This document shows, piece after piece, positions 38,786-50,500 of a stretch of DNA of 64,000 bases (positions within the stretch are counted from its first letter, which is position 1; the number at the start of each line of letters is the position of its first letter). The DNA lies in the NCBI GenBank assembly GCA_963704645.1, contig OY969926.1, positions 128,001 through 192,000 of the forward strand. Direction: 5' to 3'. The notes under the pieces were generated by a model. It saw only the letters and a program-made list of their open reading frames with translations. It was not told where the DNA came from and did no database searches. A program made the position numbers and the translations under genes. Source of the DNA: an uncultured bacterium. GTDB lineage: Bacteria; Patescibacteriota; JACMRA01.

Positions 38786-38813
38786 GCCTAAGCTTTAAGT
38801 TTAGGCTTTTTTT
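38786..38813 (+). terminator. intrinsic terminator after C2
   Basis: GCCTAAGCT-TTA-AGTTTAGGC followed by T7. Confidence 0.7.
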
Positions 38814-38921
38814 ATTTCACAATTTTAGTTTACGTGCTTTTTATTAAATCTAAAATTCCCCCCCCACAAAAAATCCCCCATAATCTTGACAAAGCAAACC
38901 CTGCTGGCTAATTACTTTAAC

Positions 38922-40895
38922 ATGAAACCAGATAACAACAAAGACAACCTAAACAGAAAAGTTATTATTAATTTAGTCTACCTTTTTTCAATTATTATTT
39001 TAATTGTGGTTACCGTTCTTTTTTCACAAAACCTTGAACAAACATCTAAACCAAAAGCAACTTTTACCGATTTAGTAAGTTTGATTAGAGACAACAAAGT
39101 TAGTGAGATTAAGCTAACTGAGAATAAACAAAGTTTGAATGCCAAAGTTTATAACACTGATAAAAGGGAAAGAAGTGATGTTACTGAAAATGTTTACCCA
39201 AATATTAGCCAAGATAAAAGCAAAACCGTAATAGAAAATTTGCAGGCATCTTTGGGCGATAAAAAACTGGAAGTTGGTAATGGTGAAAATCAAATAATTT
39301 ATTCTGAAGAGCCAAAATCTTGGTACAACCAGTTAGCTGACAGCGGATTATTTCAAAACCTCTTATTTATAGCCATAATTTTGGGAGGTGGAGCTTTTTT
39401 ACTAAAAAGAATTAGTGAAGCAAACAATAAAACAATATCTTTTGGTAATTCTAAAGCCAAACAATACGATGAAGAAAGTGCCAACAAAGTTACCTTTGTG
39501 GATGTAGCTGGAAATGAAGAGGCCAAACAAGAGCTAAATGAAGTGGTGGATTTCTTAAAAAGACCAGAAGAGTATTTAAAAATGGGTGCTAAAATTCCTA
39601 AGGGTGTTTTATTAGTTGGAACACCTGGAAACGGTAAAACTTTAATGGCTAAAGCTATAGCTGGTGAAGCTGGCGTACCTTTCTTATTTGTATCTGGCTC
39701 TGAATTTGTGGAAATGTTTGTAGGTGTAGGAGCAGGAAGAGTTAGAGATTTATTTAAGAAAGCTAAGAAAAAGGCACCTTGTGTAATATTTATTGATGAA
39801 ATTGATGCAGTTGGAAGACAGCGCGGAGCTGGAATGGGAGGAGGAAATGACGAAAGAGAGCAAACTTTAAACCAAATTTTGGTGGAGCTAGACGGGTTTG
39901 AACCAACTTCCGCAGTAATTGTAATTGGAGCAACCAACAGACCAGATGTGTTAGATCCTGCTTTATTAAGACCAGGAAGATTTGATAGGCAAGTTACAGT
40001 TACTTCCCCAGATAGGAAAGAGAGAGAGCAAATTTTAACTCTTCACGCCAGAAATAAAAAGTTGGCCAAAGATGCAGATTTGTCTATTGTAGCTAAAAGA
40101 ACTGCTGGTTTTTCAGGAGCTGATTTATTTAATGTTTTAAACGAAGCAGCTATTCTTACTGTTAGAGAAAAGAAGTCTGAGATTGATAATTTAATTTTAA
40201 GAGAAGCAGTGGAAAAGGTTTTGTTAGGACCTTCATTAAAAAGTAAAGTAATTACTGATGAGCAGAAAAGATTAACTGCTTACCACGAAGGTGGGCACGC
40301 TTTGGTTGCTACAGTTTTACCAAAGTCACGTAAAGTACAAAAAGTTACTATTATTCCAAGAGGAAGAGCCGCAGGTTATACATTTTCTGATGATGGAGAA
40401 ACTGACCCAATTACAAGAAGCAAGTCTCAGTTTATTGCAGATATAGCACATTTATTTGGAGGATATTGCGCTGAAGAAATTGTGTTTGGCGAAACCAGCA
40501 CTGGTGCTTCCAACGATTTAGCTAGAGCTACAGAAATAGCTAGAAATATGGTAACAAGATACGGTATGAGTGACGGAATTGGGCCAATAGTGTTTCAAGA
40601 AGAAAAAGGAAATGGCTTTTTGGGCAAAGATGTTGAGAATAAACTATACAGCCAAGATGCAGCTAGAATAATAGATCAAGAAGTAAGTAAAATTGTATTG
40701 GAAGGATACAGAGTTTGTAGAAGTATATTAATTCAATATCAAGACAAATTAAAACTAATTGCCGATGCTTTAGTTGAAAAAGAAGTTCTAGAATTTGAAG
40801 ACTTTAACGAACTAACAAAAGATGTAATGGACGCTGGTTATAAACTACTTCCTTTACCAGAAAACAAATCTAATACTATTCTTATTAGAAATTAA
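38922..40895 (+). CDS. ftsH: ATP-dependent zinc metalloprotease FtsH
   Basis: Two TMs, GTPGNGKT, IFIDEID, ATNRPDVLDPALLRPGRFDR, HEGGH; ATG 38922. Confidence 0.97.
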   Translation: MKPDNNKDNLNRKVIINLVYLFSIIILIVVTVLFSQNLEQTSKPKATFTDLVSLIRDNKVSEIKLTENKQSLNAKVYNTDKRERSDVTENVYPNISQDKSKTVIENLQASLGDKKLEVGNGENQIIYSEEPKSWYNQLADSGLFQNLLFIAIILGGGAFLLKRISEANNKTISFGNSKAKQYDEESANKVTFVDVAGNEEAKQELNEVVDFLKRPEEYLKMGAKIPKGVLLVGTPGNGKTLMAKAIAGEAGVPFLFVSGSEFVEMFVGVGAGRVRDLFKKAKKKAPCVIFIDEIDAVGRQRGAGMGGGNDEREQTLNQILVELDGFEPTSAVIVIGATNRPDVLDPALLRPGRFDRQVTVTSPDRKEREQILTLHARNKKLAKDADLSIVAKRTAGFSGADLFNVLNEAAILTVREKKSEIDNLILREAVEKVLLGPSLKSKVITDEQKRLTAYHEGGHALVATVLPKSRKVQKVTIIPRGRAAGYTFSDDGETDPITRSKSQFIADIAHLFGGYCAEEIVFGETSTGASNDLARATEIARNMVTRYGMSDGIGPIVFQEEKGNGFLGKDVENKLYSQDAARIIDQEVSKIVLEGYRVCRSILIQYQDKLKLIADALVEKEVLEFEDFNELTKDVMDAGYKLLPLPENKSNTILIRN

Positions 40896-40902
40896 ATAGT
40901 TT

Positions 40903-41499
40903 ATGAAACTGAAAACAATATGGTATTTTCTATCTGTTTTGGCAGTTTTGGCGCTAATTTTTTACGCTGGGTTTTTGTTTGGTAACCGGGAACAAGTAGA
41001 CAAGTCTGCTGATGAAATTAACATTATTGCCCCAAACCAAGCCAAATCTAATCAGCTTTCCGAAATACAAATTAAAGACATTGTAGGCTCTGAAAACTCT
41101 AAAGATATTCGTACTTTTGGTAAACTATACTATATAGTAAACGAAAACACAACAGATTTATTATTCAGAATTGAAGATGCCCCAATTAAAGTTGGTCAGT
41201 TACAAAACAAAGCTCAAATTACTCTACCTAAACAACTAAGTATTTCACTTGCTAGAAAGAATAGTAATGGCCTAGATTACGAATACAAAGAAATAGGAAC
41301 TATTAATTTTAATGAGCCTTTCAAAGACAGACAAAAAGCCGAGTTTTCTAGCTACACAGAAGAGGTTCTGCTTAATTGGGAAAGAATAGTTTTTAGAAGC
41401 ACAGACCCAAACGTTAAAAATTTGTATTTAGACACTGACGCCGACCTTCCCAAAAACATTAGAAACCAGCCAGCTCCTTTTTTTTGGATAGTGCTTTAG
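40903..41499 (+). CDS. membrane-anchored hypothetical protein
   Basis: N-terminal TM; 7 nt after ftsH. Confidence 0.7.
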   Translation: MKLKTIWYFLSVLAVLALIFYAGFLFGNREQVDKSADEINIIAPNQAKSNQLSEIQIKDIVGSENSKDIRTFGKLYYIVNENTTDLLFRIEDAPIKVGQLQNKAQITLPKQLSISLARKNSNGLDYEYKEIGTINFNEPFKDRQKAEFSSYTEEVLLNWERIVFRSTDPNVKNLYLDTDADLPKNIRNQPAPFFWIVL

Positions 41500-41522
41500 G
41501 TTTAGCTCTCTTTAGGATGCTA

Positions 41523-41606
41523 GTTTTTACATATCCATAGTGGTGTAAACTTTGTGAAATTTTATCTCCCCTCTATAGTTAGATTGTAGACTCTACTGTA
41601 AAATTC
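41523..41606 (-). pseudogene. decayed Rhs-core remnant 2
   Basis: DNA matches 45276..45389 (ELYSRAYD and YRGQIKSPQSLHRYGYVKN segments) with an internal deletion. Confidence 0.7.
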
Positions 41607-41728
41607 GGAAACAAATTATTAAAATTAAGATCTAAATATTCTAAAAATACATAAACCTAATTTACTTTTAGGCCATTTTGGAGTGGACTGTGAATAAATG
41701 ATGTAGAATACTTGATATGTTTAGTATT

Positions 41729-42212
41729 TTACTTTTTTTCTACCTCTTCAAATTTTCCCTTGTTGGATATTTTGTATTTTATATAGTTAAAGTTACTCGT
41801 TTCTTTGTCTTCCTTATATAATTTAATGAAAATGCTACACATGTGGTTTTTACTAATTTCCATTTCTTTTATATTACTAGAAAAGTTAGTATTCATACAT
41901 TGCGGACTAAAAATCATATCAATAACATTTTTATTAACTACTGGATATAGTATATCGTAGTCAAAAACGTAGTCATCAATTGGTTTTTCAATAGTCTTGC
42001 ACTCAACAGAGACAACAACTGTTTGGTATGAAGAGTTTGTACCTTTTAAAAAAAGTAAGTAATTTTCATTACCTATTCTCTGATTCTTTGGTCTTGTTAT
42101 TTCAATATTATAAGAAAAATAGACGAATGAAAGAAAGAAAACAATAACGACTACCAAGAAAATAAATAGGAGATTCTATTAAAAATTTGTTTTTTATTTA
42201 AAATTGTATTCA
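41729..42212 (-). pseudogene. orphan immunity-like membrane-anchored protein, 5' end frameshifted
   Basis: ATG near 42212 follows the orphan tip but is out of frame with the 41729..42157 ORF, which begins with a TM segment. Confidence 0.5.
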
Positions 42213-42213
42213 T

Positions 42214-42675
42214 ATTAATGCATAAATGTTAAGTTTCTAATTTTGTCTCTGTCTTGTTCTAAAAGAGTTTGTGCTTACCCTACATCATTTCTGAAATCTT
42301 TATAATACTTCTGATCTATTTCTTTCCAATTATATGGAGCATTTGGATTATTATGTATAGCAGCAGCCTCAGCCATTTCATCAATAGAATAATCTATCGC
42401 AACACATACACCATTTTTATATGTATTTTTGATATAATCATTTCCATACTTATACCTCATCATTCCATCCAAAGAACGTCTCATTCCTGCAGCAGCAAGA
42501 TAAACACTTGCTTGATCGCTAGTAAGATTTTTAGATGCCCATTTTACCCAATATTCCATATCGGTACCTGAATAATCTTTTGAATAATACTTTACCAGTT
42601 CTTTAGCATGGCTTGGCTTGGTATTTGTCAAACCTTCAGACCATCCAAGACCTCCATCTTTAGTAGGTGTAAGCG
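42214..42675 (-). pseudogene. orphan Rhs C-terminal toxin tip (lysozyme/SLT-like motifs), interrupted
   Basis: Frame TPTKDGGLGWSEGLTNTKPSHA...AAAIHNNP; internal TAA at 42275-42277 with in-frame continuation AQTLLEQDRDKIRNLTFMH. Confidence 0.55.
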
Positions 42676-42834
42676 GTAGTTTTTATCACTTTGGCCATTG
42701 GATTTAGTTGTTCCGACAACAGAGTCTAGGGCGTCGTGGAAGTAGAAAGTAGTTTGGCCAGATAGTTTGTCTAAAGAGAACAATATTGACTGGTTTGTGG
42801 AATCTCTAAATATGTCTGTTTCCTGTTTGTTTTG
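42676..42834 (-). repeat. orphan Rhs-core fragment, near-identical copy of 45498..45656
   Basis: QNKQETDIF..TNQSILFSLDK.SGQT.FYFHDALDSVVGTTKSNGQSDKNY in both places. Confidence 0.9.
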
Positions 42835-42852
42835 AACCACACTAAAATTATA

Positions 42853-43248
42853 CTATTTTAATACAACTTTGGTTTTTGTTAAAATATCATGAAGCATCTG
42901 CTTGTTTTTGGTTGTGAAATAGGCTATAAATCCAAAAGGAAATAGATATTTTAATAGAGATCTGAGAATTATTTGTATAGTACTAACTTTTCTACCATCT
43001 TGATAGTCAACGACTTTAATTTTAAAAATAAATTTACCCAAAGTTCTGCTAAAAATTAATTCTAATATTGTAGAATATAAAACTGCAATGTATAAATTGG
43101 TAATGCTAAAAAATACTATATATTGATTTATGTCGGCAGGTTTCCAAAAACTTAAAACTAGCTGGGAGACGCCAGTTATTGCTATAGTAAGGATAACCAA
43201 ATCTATAATGAGAGCACAAAATCTTTTTAAGAAAATTAAATTTGTCAT
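42853..43248 (-). CDS. RDD family membrane protein
   Basis: KRFCALIID, TLGKFIFKIKVV, LHDILTKTKVV. Confidence 0.88.
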   Translation of the reverse strand: MTNLIFLKRFCALIIDLVILTIAITGVSQLVLSFWKPADINQYIVFFSITNLYIAVLYSTILELIFSRTLGKFIFKIKVVDYQDGRKVSTIQIILRSLLKYLFPFGFIAYFTTKNKQMLHDILTKTKVVLK

Positions 43249-43253
43249 AACTT

Positions 43254-43829
43254 CTAGATAATTTTGTTTATTTTGTTTTTTCTGTAAATTAAATTGTAAT
43301 ATAGGGTTAGACCAACTGTTACGATAAATATAATTGTAATTGTAATTAATAGCTGATTGTAGTTTTGTAAAATATTCTCAAGTTTGTTTTCACTAGTTTT
43401 AAAATGATATGCGGGATCCATTTTTTTAAATAAATCAGTGTTTTTGATTAGTAATTTTTGATTTTCTTTGGTATATCTTATACCTACTGGGTACTTAGTT
43501 AAATTTAAATCTTTTTTAGACAAATCTAATTGAATTATAACCACAAAATTATTATCTTCGGATTTAATAGAATAAATGCTGTATTTGAATTCGGTTACAT
43601 TATCTATTTGACTATTAAATAAGTCCTTATACTCTTGTTGTGCTTCATAAATAAATAAATCCTTAATAGTTGTCTTATCATTTGCTCGGATATAATTTGC
43701 TAGTTGTTCTACTGCAATTTTAATCTCTTTTTCAGAGCTTGGGTCAACATCTACTTCTGCATTTACCACGATTGGATTTAACAAAACTAGTAGAAATAGC
43801 GTTACAATTGTATTGATTATTTTTGGCAT
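43254..43829 (-). CDS. exported protein with signal peptide and C-terminal TM anchor
   Basis: Signal peptide ending VNA, soluble domain, C-terminal TM plus basic tail. Confidence 0.65.
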   Translation of the reverse strand: MPKIINTIVTLFLLVLLNPIVVNAEVDVDPSSEKEIKIAVEQLANYIRANDKTTIKDLFIYEAQQEYKDLFNSQIDNVTEFKYSIYSIKSEDNNFVVIIQLDLSKKDLNLTKYPVGIRYTKENQKLLIKNTDLFKKMDPAYHFKTSENKLENILQNYNQLLITITIIFIVTVGLTLYYNLIYRKNKINKII

Positions 43830-43891
43830 AAATGTTTTAGCTTACATTCCTATGAATAGTCTGGAGTTACGTTAGACACAAAGGGTTAAGG

Positions 43892-44521
43892 CTATCTCTT
43901 ATATTCTTCTGGAAACCAAGGTAGATAGCCATCCTTCACTAACTGAGCATACCATTCATCTAAAGACTTAAATTCAATTTTTTCAATATCTGAATTATCT
44001 AAAAAAGTATTAAATTCTGATTCTGATTCGTAATTCTGAATTTCTTTAGTGTCGGATTTTATCACTTTCCAAAAGGGCATATTTTCACCAGCTTTGACCG
44101 GCAAGCTAGTTTCTGTATCTCTTTCATACCTATCACTTATTTGAAAAAGAATAATATATTCCTTGTTATAGGCCATGCTTTCATATCCAAAACCAATTTG
44201 CTCTTCTTTATTATAAGTAATCCAATCACCATTCAAATTTATCATATAATAAGGGTCGGCAAGCGGTATTCTACTAAAATCATAACCAGACCAAATTGTA
44301 TAAAAATCCTCACCTTCATAAACCTGATTCAATGGAGCAAACAACACTGTTAATTCTCTATTTACCTTTTCTCCAAATTTATCTGAAAAAGGCAAGGCAA
44401 TATTTTTAAAGAAAAAGAAGCCCAGTGTTAGAATTACTAAGCTTATAGTTGTAAATATTGCCAGAATAGAAGCTAAAGCTATGAGGATCTTTTTTTTATT
44501 ATTTTTTATTAAATTAAACAT
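43892..44521 (-). CDS. putative cognate Rhs immunity protein, membrane anchored
   Basis: ATG 7 nt after the Rhs stop; N-terminal TM. Confidence 0.6.
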   Translation of the reverse strand: MFNLIKNNKKKILIALASILAIFTTISLVILTLGFFFFKNIALPFSDKFGEKVNRELTVLFAPLNQVYEGEDFYTIWSGYDFSRIPLADPYYMINLNGDWITYNKEEQIGFGYESMAYNKEYIILFQISDRYERDTETSLPVKAGENMPFWKVIKSDTKEIQNYESESEFNTFLDNSDIEKIEFKSLDEWYAQLVKDGYLPWFPEEYKR

Positions 44522-44528
44522 ATGATTT

Positions 44529-47500
44529 TTAATTAATTTTTGTAGTCCAGCTAGCATTGATCGTCATATTTTCATTTCCACCAATAACGTCGTGATACCA
44601 ATACCCCATCACACCTGTGATTTGATTATAATACTTGGATCTACCTTCAGCAGGTCTAAGGTCTAATAAATCACTAAAACTGTAATTTATTGATATGCAG
44701 CCTTCTTTAGTAACATTTACATTGGCATATACAGTTGTATTTCTTATTAACCAAGTTAACTCATTAAAACCTACATTCCATGTTTCAGCATGCCTTAAAG
44801 GGTTGTTATTGTTCAATGAATACCAGTTTTCGTTAATAGAACTCCATCTGTCTCCACCTAATCCTATCCGCTTACCATATAAAACATTACCATCTACAAT
44901 TTCATAATAATCAAATTCAAAACTATTATTACCATAGTTAGTATTTGCTTTAGCAATAGAAATTAATTCTTGTTCATAAGCTATCATAGCTGGATCATTC
45001 TTAACATTTTCAAGGACACTACCTTTTAGATAAATAGAATCTTTATTCATAATTGACAAAGTTGTAGCCTCAAGAACATTTTCATATGGTAAACCACCAG
45101 GGCTATTATTAACTTCATCGTCAAAGTAGGAGCCCACACCTTCTCTAAATCCATCATATGTGTTCTTTATGGCTGCACCTACTTGAGAAGTATTACTTAC
45201 TGTTCCCTCCACAATCCAATTGACTTGGTCTTCCCCCCAATAGTACCCATAATAATCCCTATAGGTCATCGGACTGTTTTTTACATACCCATATCTATGT
45301 AAACTTTGTGGTGATTTTATTTGCCCTCTATAACTATCTTGTTGCAGCCAGGTTCCTGTAGTTGGATCGTAGGCTCTACTGTATAATTCATATACGTTTA
45401 AATTATCATCGTATTCTTGATTGGTGTAGGTAAAGTTGTTGTGAGGAGAGGTGAAATTACCATTTTGTGGTTCTATTCCTCCAAAGTCTCCGTATCTGTA
45501 ATTTTTATCGCTTTGTCCATTGGATTTAGTTGTTCCGACAACAGAGTCTAGAGCATCGTGGAAGTAGAAACTGGTTTGGCCAGATGGCTTGTCTAAAGAG
45601 AACAATATTGACTGGTTTGTTGGATCACTAAATATGTCTGTTTCCTGTTTGTTTTGCATGTTTTTAAACATGATTGGGTCTAGATTGTCGTAGGCATATT
45701 GCGTGGCTTTTACTCCACCATTCCCTACTTTTGGATCGTAGGTTTTAACTAATCTTCTACCTATTCCATCATAAGCCATGGTAGTCTGAGATCGTTGATT
45801 AAAGCTAGCAGAAGTTGTTGGGTTAGTTTTAGCGTTTCCTTGGTAAGCCTGACTACTTGTTAATCTATTTTCATAGTCATAGGTGTAAGACTCTCCCTGC
45901 ACTGCTGGACCACTTGGACCTGGGAATCTTTTATCGATACGGTTCCCATTTTTATTATAGGTAAAGTTTACTGATTTAAGGTTTTTATCGGCATTTTTGA
46001 TATTGCCTTTACTATCTACAGATAGATAATCTAAAGCTTTATCAAGTTTTACCTGCAGACTATTGGTGATACCGTCAGAATCAATTTGACCGCCAGATCT
46101 CGCAGTAGATATAGCTTGTTTTAGAGCTTGTATCTTAGATGTAGCTTCGTCAGTATTTAAACTACCAGTTTCCAAATCAACAATTAAACTAGAAGTTTGA
46201 GAAATCAGATCTTGTGCAGTAGCAGATGTAATATGCTTACCATTTTGAGCTGAAAGTTCGCTAAGAAGTGCATAGATTGCTTGATTTACTGACTCAGTTA
46301 TTACAGATTTTGTATTTCCTGTTGAGCCACCTGAACCATTTCCCTGATTTGAAGTTTGTGAAGATGAAGAATTTGAAGTTGAGTTAGAATTATTTCCGTT
46401 TCCTTTGTTACCAGAATTGCCATTAGCATTACTGTTTGCCATTAGCATAGAGCTACTTTGCTGAACAGTTTGTAGCCCTGCTACACTTGAATTTGGACTT
46501 TTGTTGTTACCTTTAGCATACTTTGTTTCCTCTAAAACATTTAGCATTCTGTTGGTGTTGCTATAGCTATAGGTTTGGGTTAGTTCATCAAAAGGTTGAT
46601 TGGTGGAGTTGTTGTTGGTAATTGGTTGACTCTGCTGATCATTTGTAACGTATTTCAAACGGTTTCCAACTGCATCGTAACTATATGTACTATAAATATT
46701 TTCAGAATCAGCAGATTTTGTAAGTCTACGAAGTGGATCATACTCATATTTTGTAGTAACCTCACTTGGCTTCCTCCATGCATATGTGGCTGACTGACTA
46801 ACACGCTGACTAACTTTGTCATATTCATATTTAAATGAAGAATTGTCCTTGCCACCTGTTTCCAAATTTTGTATGGAAAGTACTCGATTTACTTTGTCGT
46901 AAGCACTTTGTGTATAAGTCCCATTAGCAAAAGCAACTTTGGTAGTATTTCCAACTTTATCTCTTGAGTATACTGTATTTCCCGTATCTGAAGCACTAAC
47001 ACCCGCTAACCAGTTATTTTTCTGGTAGGTATAGCTTACTTTTTTACCATCTGGATAAGTAAGGCTAGTTTTATTACCAACTTTATCATAACTATAATTT
47101 ATATTTCTACCAAAATCATCTACAACTTTAGTAATTCTATTTAGTTTATCCAAAGTCCAAGATGTCTGACCCAAATTGTCTTTCATGTTTGTCCTGTTGT
47201 TGTTAGGATCATAATTGAAAGTAATTGCAAACCCATTAGTTTTGGCTTTATCCAAGACCCCAGATGGGTTAAATATTGCAGTAGACGAACTTGGTTTTTG
47301 GTATTTGATATCTTTAAGTTGATTATCTGGATAGTAACTATAGTTTGTAATTTGATTTTCAGCATCAACTCTGCTGATACGATTTCCAACCTTATCATAT
47401 TTATATTGCCAAGTATTATCATCGGCGTCTTTTTCAGTAATTATTCTATTTAAAGAGTCAAAAATAAAGTTAGAGTCATTATTGTTAGCATCGGTGATTT

Positions 47501-50500
47501 TAACTAAATTACTATTAGGATCATAACTATAGATAGTTTTAACATTGGTTTGGTTGTCGCTAGTAGCCCCATTTTTAGAATTCTCAACAACTTCAATAAG
47601 TCTATATATTTTATCAAAGTTGTATTTTGTTACCACGCCATCAGCTTCAGTTTTTGTAGTTTGACTGTATTCTTTATCATAACCAAAACTTGTAACTTGG
47701 TTTTCAGCATCGGTGATTTTTACATTCCTATCTAAAGAATCGTACTCATAAACTGTTGGATTGCCATTACCATCTGTTACCTTGCTAATGTTACCATTGC
47801 TATCGTACTCATACTTAGTAGAGTTTCCTTCAGCATCAATTTGTTCTATGGTACGGCTAAGATTGTCTACAGTGTATCTTGAAGTATTACCGTTGGCATC
47901 TGTTTGAGAAATTATATTGCCTATTTGATCATAGGTATAAGTTTCTACACCATTATCAGCATCAACTTTCTGAACTAAACGATCTAATTTATCAAAACTA
48001 TAACTAACTGGATTACCATTTCTATCAATTATTTTAATTAGATTAGAATTTGCGTCATAAGTATTTGTTTGTGAAAAGCCTTCAGCGTCAGTCTGCTTAA
48101 TCTGGCGATAAATTTTATCGAATGCAGTAGTAGTTGCGTTACCGTTGGCATCTATATATTTAATCTGATTACCCACTAAATCATATACATTTGTCTGAAC
48201 TCCGCCTAAAGCATCTTTTTTATAGACAGGTCTATTTAGACCATCAAAAGTATAAATAGTTACCCCTCCCTTAGGGTCAATATTTTGGGTAAGATTGCCT
48301 ACTTTGTCGTAACTAAACTGAGATTTTAGATTTTCAGCATTAATGGAGACTACTAAACGATTTAAACTATCGTATTGGTTAGTTGTTGGGTTACCATTTC
48401 TGTCGGTTACTTTAATTAAATTGTTGACTTTGTCATACACAAATTTAGTAGTGTTACCTTCTGAATCAATAATAGCCGTATTTCTGTTAGCTAGGTCATA
48501 TTCAAAACTAGTTTTAAATCCTCTTGGGTTGGTAACTGAAAGTAGATTTCCAACTAAATCGTAGGTAAACTCAGTTTTTAAATTAACATTTGAACTAGAC
48601 TGCGAATTAGATACATAATTATCAGTTTTTTGTACTAACCTATCCAAATCATCATAAACTAATTTAGTAACTGCACCTTTTTCACTCTTCATTTCAAGCA
48701 TATTGTCATTAGGGTCGTACACAAAATCTTGAGCTTGCCCTAAACTATCAGTTTGTTTAACTAGTCTATGTAAAGGATCGTACTGGTACTTTGTAGTATT
48801 TCCGTTAGGGTTAGTAGTCTCAAGCAGATTACCATATTTATCATAACTAAATTTAGTTATATTTCCTTCAGCATCTGTTTGTTTAGTAACTCTATCTAAA
48901 ATATCTCTTTCTAGTGTAGTAGCATTACCATTTGGATCAATCACTTTCAAAACTTGTCCTAGAGGAGAGTATTCCATCTTTGTTTGGGCTTTTAGACCTT
49001 GGGAATCTTGAATTTGGCTTGTAATTCTGTATAACGGATCATACTCAAAAGCTTCTACCCTGCCTTCACCGTCAATAATTTTTGTTGGTAAATATTTAGC
49101 GTTGTAACTAATTTGTTTTGTGCTAGACTCTGGAGCAGTACTTGCTACTTGTTGGGATTTAATATAAAACGAGGGATTGTTAGTAAAAGTTGTAACCCTG
49201 CTCTCAGCGTCAACTTGTCTCAAGGGTTCATTCATTTTGCCATACTCAAAAGTAGTTTCAAAACCTAATTCATTAATAACTTTTGCGATCATTTCAGAAT
49301 TATCAAAGACTGTTTGGACAGCTCCACCATTACTATTTATCTGCTTTATAGGTCTATCATTTTTATCATATTCAAAACCAATCTGATATCCTAATGGACC
49401 ATTTACTGATACCAAATTGTCATTTAAATCATAAGTGAATTTTAGACTATTACCTTTTTTATTTACAAAAGTAGTTTTTCTACCAAGTCCGTCATATTCA
49501 TAAATAGTAGATTGCCCTAGTGCATCTATTTCTTTAACTAAATCACCATAAGAATTATATTCATATTTGGTTGAGTTGCCGTTTACATCAATAACTTCAA
49601 TCAATTGGCTAAAGTCATTATACTTTCTAATCTCAGCCCCACCATTTGGATCTGTTATTTTTGTAAGATTACCCTTGGAGTCATGCTCCCACGTTGTTTT
49701 TCTTTCAGGTAAAATTTTGATTTCAGAAACTGGTTTGTTAATTTCCAAATTGAATGTGCGAGTAGTTTTTTGGCCAAGAGGATTAATAACTTCGGTCTGA
49801 TTGTTATTTTCGTCGTACTCAAATTGATATGTGTTTCCAGCTTCATCAATTTCTTTAGTTACTTGTTTTTTTGCATTATACTCAAATTTGGTAACAATTC
49901 CAGATTGGTCTGTATTAGATACCATCAACCCGTTTTGATCATAATTGTAAGTTTGAATATTTCCATAGTGATCAGATACTTTTGTTGATGTAGGAACATC
50001 TTCGTTTGAACCAGCTGGCTGGCTATAACTATAATTTTGAATGAAATTTGCTCCAGCTAACTGCGAGGTTGCTCTACCAGCATTATCGTAAGTATTTTGG
50101 TAGAAACTATGACCTTCTGGACTAATCTTTTTCAAAATTCTATGATTTTCATCATATTCAAATCTGGTTTCCCCACCCTTAGCATTTATTATACTAGTTA
50201 AATCTTTTGCTCCACTATATAAAAAGCTAATAGACTGAGCTTCTGGTGCAAGCATCTTTGTTACCAACCCCTCAGCGCCGTATTCAAATTGAACTTGCCT
50301 ACCACCATCGGCTGTAATTTTGGTTAGTTTAGATAAATTTACAAATTTGTTTTGATCTATATATTCAAAATTTAGTCCATTTCCCTGTAAATCTTCCATT
50401 CTTTTAAGATCGCCAAAACTGTCAAAAAATAATTTAGACTTATCTTTTTTATTAAGAACATAGCCGTCCCCATCTTTCTCAAGCTTATCATAATTACCTA

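Noticed and set aside
38858-38879. C8 and C5 tracts upstream of the ftsH -35 box
   Set aside because: Outside the -35/-10 spacer and too few G-runs for a clear quadruplex; no evidence of phase variation
46600-50400. Dense periodic repeats that could suggest a CRISPR array or DGR
   Set aside because: They are protein-level YD repeats with degenerate DNA; no identical repeat-spacer units, cas gene or reverse transcriptase in the window
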